Source of the DNA: an uncultured Thermoplasmata archaeon
GTDB lineage: Archaea > Thermoplasmatota > Penumbrarchaeia > JAEHCK01 > CBDVCJ01
NCBI GenBank assembly: GCA_965372445.1
Contig: CBDVCJ010000002.1
Coordinates: 1 to 34,915, forward strand
Reading direction: 5' to 3'
Length of the DNA: 34,915 bases
Position 1 is the stretch's first letter, and every line of letters begins with the position of its first letter. Of the stretch, positions 32,110 through 34,915 are shown piece by piece. The position numbers and the translations under genes are program-made. The notes below the pieces were generated by a model, which worked only from the letters and a program-made list of their open reading frames with translations, made no database searches and had not been told where the DNA came from.

Positions 32110-33696
32110 ATGGCTGATAATTCAGACTCAACGCCTCAGGGCCGCATAATCGGTAAGAATGTAACAGAGATCCGCTACCGCTCATCCTATAACGAAGAGA
32201 TTTTCTTGGGTGAGATACTTTTGGCGGAAAACGACGAGAATGACCTGAAATTCTTGCTGAGGGTATTCGATATTGAATACGGTGCTGAAGCCAGCAGCCG
32301 CGATTGGCCCGAGCGTACCGCCGGGAACATGATGGTGATGGACTGTCGGGACGACCGGAGCTTCGAACTGCACGATAAAGACCGCAGGCTGTTCAAGATC
32401 GGGGTGTGTGCGCCTTTGGGGTATGCCACCAGTGCAGGCACCGAATTCCGCAAGCCCAAGACCATCCCGCCGCATTTCTCGAGGATCCGCAAGGCCGGCA
32501 AAGAAGATTATGCTATTCTCGAACAGTTCATGGGCGATATTTTCGTCGGCGACCTCCGCAGCGGCGAGACGAAGCTCGATTTTCCGGTTGGCATCTCCGG
32601 CGAGCATTTTCCGTCACATATCGGTATTTTTGCGACTACCGGCATGGGTAAAAGCAACCTTATGAAACGGCTGGCGGTGGCAGCTATGGAATCCGGCAAG
32701 TACGGGCTGCTGATACTGGACCCCCACGGCGAATATTTCGACGGTGGTAAGGAAAAGCTGCGGGGCTTGAAACATCACCCGTTAGCGTCCGAGATGCTCG
32801 TGGTTTACAGCGCGCGGGAGTTGAGCGCCGGGGGCTACAACAAGATCAAGATCAGTGCACGCGAGATCGAGATCGACGACCTTATGCAACTTTATGATTT
32901 CTCGGATGCGCAGCGCGACGCGTTCAATAGTGCCACCAGGGTGTTCTCCGGGAATTGGCTGCTGGAGCTGCTCGAGCGCGATATTGAAGATCTTATGATG
33001 GAGCTGGAAGGTACCTTCGAAGGCACGCTCGGCGTGATCCGCAGACGCTTGATGAACCTTTTCAGAAGCAATATCCTGACCAAAGATAAAACCGTCTCCA
33101 TCATCAGCGCAATATATGAAAGCCTCAAGAACGGTAAGGTCGTGCTCGTGGATACCTCGAACATGGGCGAATCCGAAGAGCTATTGGTTTCGGTGGTGCT
33201 GGCACGGGCGGTGTTCGAGCGCAATAAATTACTTTTTGCCCAACCCGAAGAATTCCAAAAGTTACCTGAGATGCTGGTCACTATGGAAGAAGCCCAGCGG
33301 GTATTGGGTAGAGTTGCGCCGGGCGGCAGGAGCAATATTTTCGCCAAGATCGCTCGGGAGGGCCGTAAGTTCAAGACCGGCCTGTGTGCGATCTCGCAGC
33401 AGCCGAAACTTATCGATGACGAGATCATCTCGCAGTTCAACACTTTGTTTATTCTTGGGCTGGCAGATAAGCGCGACCGCGATATCCTGAGGGATTCTGC
33501 CAAGCAAGATGTCTCTCAGTTAAGCAACGAGATCCAGATGCTGATGCCGGGCGAGGCTTTGATCACATCGCCGTTCACACCGTTTGCGCTGCCGACCAAG
33601 ATCGATCTTTATGAAGATTATTTAGCGTCGATCCAGGATAAATTTAAAAATAAAGGGGAGGGCTCGAAACCTAAAGTTGACGAAGGATTTTTCTGA
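32110..33696 (+). CDS. herA: HerA-type (FtsK/HerA superfamily) DNA helicase/translocase ATPase
   Basis: The ATG at 32110 (MADNSDS) follows an AGGTGA RBS; the track TTG at 32041 is rejected. N-terminal barrel-like GRIIGKN...LLRVFDIEYG. Walker A GIFATTGMGKSN. Walker B-like MLVTMEEAQR. AISQQP motif. Confidence 0.85.
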   Translation: MADNSDSTPQGRIIGKNVTEIRYRSSYNEEIFLGEILLAENDENDLKFLLRVFDIEYGAEASSRDWPERTAGNMMVMDCRDDRSFELHDKDRRLFKIGVCAPLGYATSAGTEFRKPKTIPPHFSRIRKAGKEDYAILEQFMGDIFVGDLRSGETKLDFPVGISGEHFPSHIGIFATTGMGKSNLMKRLAVAAMESGKYGLLILDPHGEYFDGGKEKLRGLKHHPLASEMLVVYSARELSAGGYNKIKISAREIEIDDLMQLYDFSDAQRDAFNSATRVFSGNWLLELLERDIEDLMMELEGTFEGTLGVIRRRLMNLFRSNILTKDKTVSIISAIYESLKNGKVVLVDTSNMGESEELLVSVVLARAVFERNKLLFAQPEEFQKLPEMLVTMEEAQRVLGRVAPGGRSNIFAKIAREGRKFKTGLCAISQQPKLIDDEIISQFNTLFILGLADKRDRDILRDSAKQDVSQLSNEIQMLMPGEALITSPFTPFALPTKIDLYEDYLASIQDKFKNKGEGSKPKVDEGFF

Positions 33697-34288
33697 AATA
33701 TTGCAGGGCGATGAAGTACGAAGATTCTTTGGTAAATAGAATGAGAGAACTGGGAATGAAGTAGAGAGAATCATGAAGATACCCATTTATAATTTTATTT
33801 AGGTGGGCTGGTTTTTTATTTATTGATGAGGTCGATAATGATTATTCCCCTTTAACCCCTCGGTTCTGGTTGGTTTTGCCAAGCAGAGCCCGAAGGTAAT
33901 GAACGAAGTGAATTACCTGTGTTTTCATTACGACTGACTTTGGCTTTGGGAATAATTTGTTTTAGGACGCCAAAACAATGGAATTAGGTTTGAAACCTTC
34001 GGCTTTTTTCAGGTTAAAATTAAAGGGAATTATTAATTATCATTAATGAGGAATCGAATTAATTTTATACATTGGGAGGAGGAATCCTCCCCATCCCTCC
34101 TCTTGATATTTCGCATGATTTTGACCTGCGGTCAAAATAAATGTATCGAACATCAAATCCCGTATCCCGAGTCCGGAATAGAGACAAAATGTCTTATATT
34201 GGGAGCTGTATTTGGGGTTGGGGTAGGAGGGAGATATGGAATAATTGGAGGAAAAGATAATACTCAATTTTTATATAGAGGGATTAAT

Positions 34289-34735
34289 ATGGTAAAGAGA
34301 AAATATTGGTTTATAATCCATAATGAGGGGACAATTCAATTTGCTCCAGAAAGAATTTATCATAGTAAACTGCCATCTGAAATAGAACAAATTTCAAGAG
34401 GGGATTATATAGTCTATTATGTAAAAAGGATAAAAAAGATTAGAGGTATTTATAAAGTCGTTTCTAATGTTAAAAATCATCCATTGGAGGCGGATTTAAC
34501 TGAAAAAGATACACCTATAAAATATTATGAAATTAACCCTCTTATTGAGCCATCAGGAATGTTAGATGTTTCCATTATTGAACCAAGAAAAGTATTTGAG
34601 GAAGAAATTAAGAGATTAGAGAAAAAACATAAAAGAAGATTTGGATTTGGGTCAATAATACGAGAACGTGTAGCTTTACAACTTCAAGAAAAAGTGTTTC
34701 GCGATATTTGTAGAAGCATCGTAGATGTAATATAA
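34289..34735 (+). CDS. hypothetical protein, possible EVE/PUA-like (ASCH-like) fold
   Basis: 148 aa from the ATG at 34289. The KYWFIIHN...ISRGDYIVYYVKRIKKIRGIYKVVS pattern resembles EVE-domain proteins (weak assignment from memory). The track N-terminal extension 34046-34288 runs through word-repeat DNA and is rejected. Confidence 0.45.
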   Translation: MVKRKYWFIIHNEGTIQFAPERIYHSKLPSEIEQISRGDYIVYYVKRIKKIRGIYKVVSNVKNHPLEADLTEKDTPIKYYEINPLIEPSGMLDVSIIEPRKVFEEEIKRLEKKHKRRFGFGSIIRERVALQLQEKVFRDICRSIVDVI

Positions 34736-34770
34736 CCAAAATAAAAATAAAATCAGGAAGGTATCATTAA

Positions 34771-34915
34771 ATGAACAAACTAAATAAATTATTTGAAAAG
34801 TTTGGAAAAGAATTAATTTATGTATTATTTGCATTTACAAGAAGTGGATTTGGGATAGGTGACGCAGATTTTGATATAATAGCAAATGCAATTAAAAACA
34901 ATATGGATATAGATA
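34771..34915 (+). CDS. 5' part of an unknown ORF running off the window end
   Basis: ATG at 34771 preceded by an AGGAAGG RBS. The frame stays open to the end of the window (MNKLNKLFEKFGKELIYVLFAFTRSGFGIGDADFD...). AT-rich. Confidence 0.35.
   Translation, partial: MNKLNKLFEKFGKELIYVLFAFTRSGFGIGDADFDIIANAIKNNMDID

Noticed and set aside
34046-34288. N-terminal 81-aa extension of the 229-aa track ORF, and the antisense 74-aa ORF 34043..34267
   Set aside because: The extension runs through word-repeat/palindromic spacer DNA (gggaggaggaatcctcccc..., ggggttggggtaggaggg). The ATG at 34289 gives a compact domain-like protein.
1-34915. Search for tRNA, rRNA, transposase, integrase and cas genes
   Set aside because: I recognised no cloverleaf-like sequence, rRNA signature, DDE or tyrosine-recombinase-like ORF, or cas-like ORF on either strand. 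A covariance-model or HMM scan would be needed to exclude small ncRNAs.

Overview
Archaeal chromosomal segment. Hallmarks are an Sm-like protein, proteasome alpha subunit, UPF0147, NurA-HerA and an AmmeMemoRadiSam radical SAM enzyme; the lineage cannot be determined by eye. About 24 credible protein genes are present, in this order. Sm-like protein. A zinc-ribbon / Pro-Glu-rich / TPR protein. Two tandem PurF-type amidophosphoribosyltransferase paralogues, the second with Ser where the N-terminal catalytic Cys should be. AmmeMemoRadiSam radical SAM enzyme. Two tandem cassettes, each encoding a ~72-aa protein plus a retropepsin-like aspartic protease. A 1635-aa SBBP-repeat / Ig-like membrane-anchored surface protein. 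UPF0147. A polyferredoxin-MvhD(FlpD) fusion translationally coupled to NfnA/NfnB-like (SudB/SudA-like) genes. Three consecutive Tat-signal Fe-S proteins. PsmA with a Lys-rich repeat tail. CarA-CarB. An 874-aa LVIVD-repeat surface protein. NurA-HerA. An AT-rich end with an EVE/PUA-like ORF. I recognised no rRNA, tRNA, CRISPR array, transposase or integrase. Three signals stand out. (1) The two protease cassettes are bounded by three direct copies of the 3' end of the convergent giant surface-protein gene (71/71 nt identical core). This is an integron-like or tandem-integration-like layout with no recombinase in view. In cassette 1 the protease homology continues upstream, through a single in-frame TAA, into the small ORF. 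(2) Almost every long intergenic spacer holds a long imperfect nested palindrome built from short degenerate tandem words drawn from a shared vocabulary. The extreme case is a ~530-nt element with 7+7 mirrored 11-nt boxes at ~29-nt spacing. (3) Unusual redox gene contexts: MvhD-polyferredoxin with NfnAB-like genes, and a trio of Tat-exported ferredoxin-like proteins with no catalytic partner. All family assignments come from reading motifs in the supplied translations. No database search was possible.
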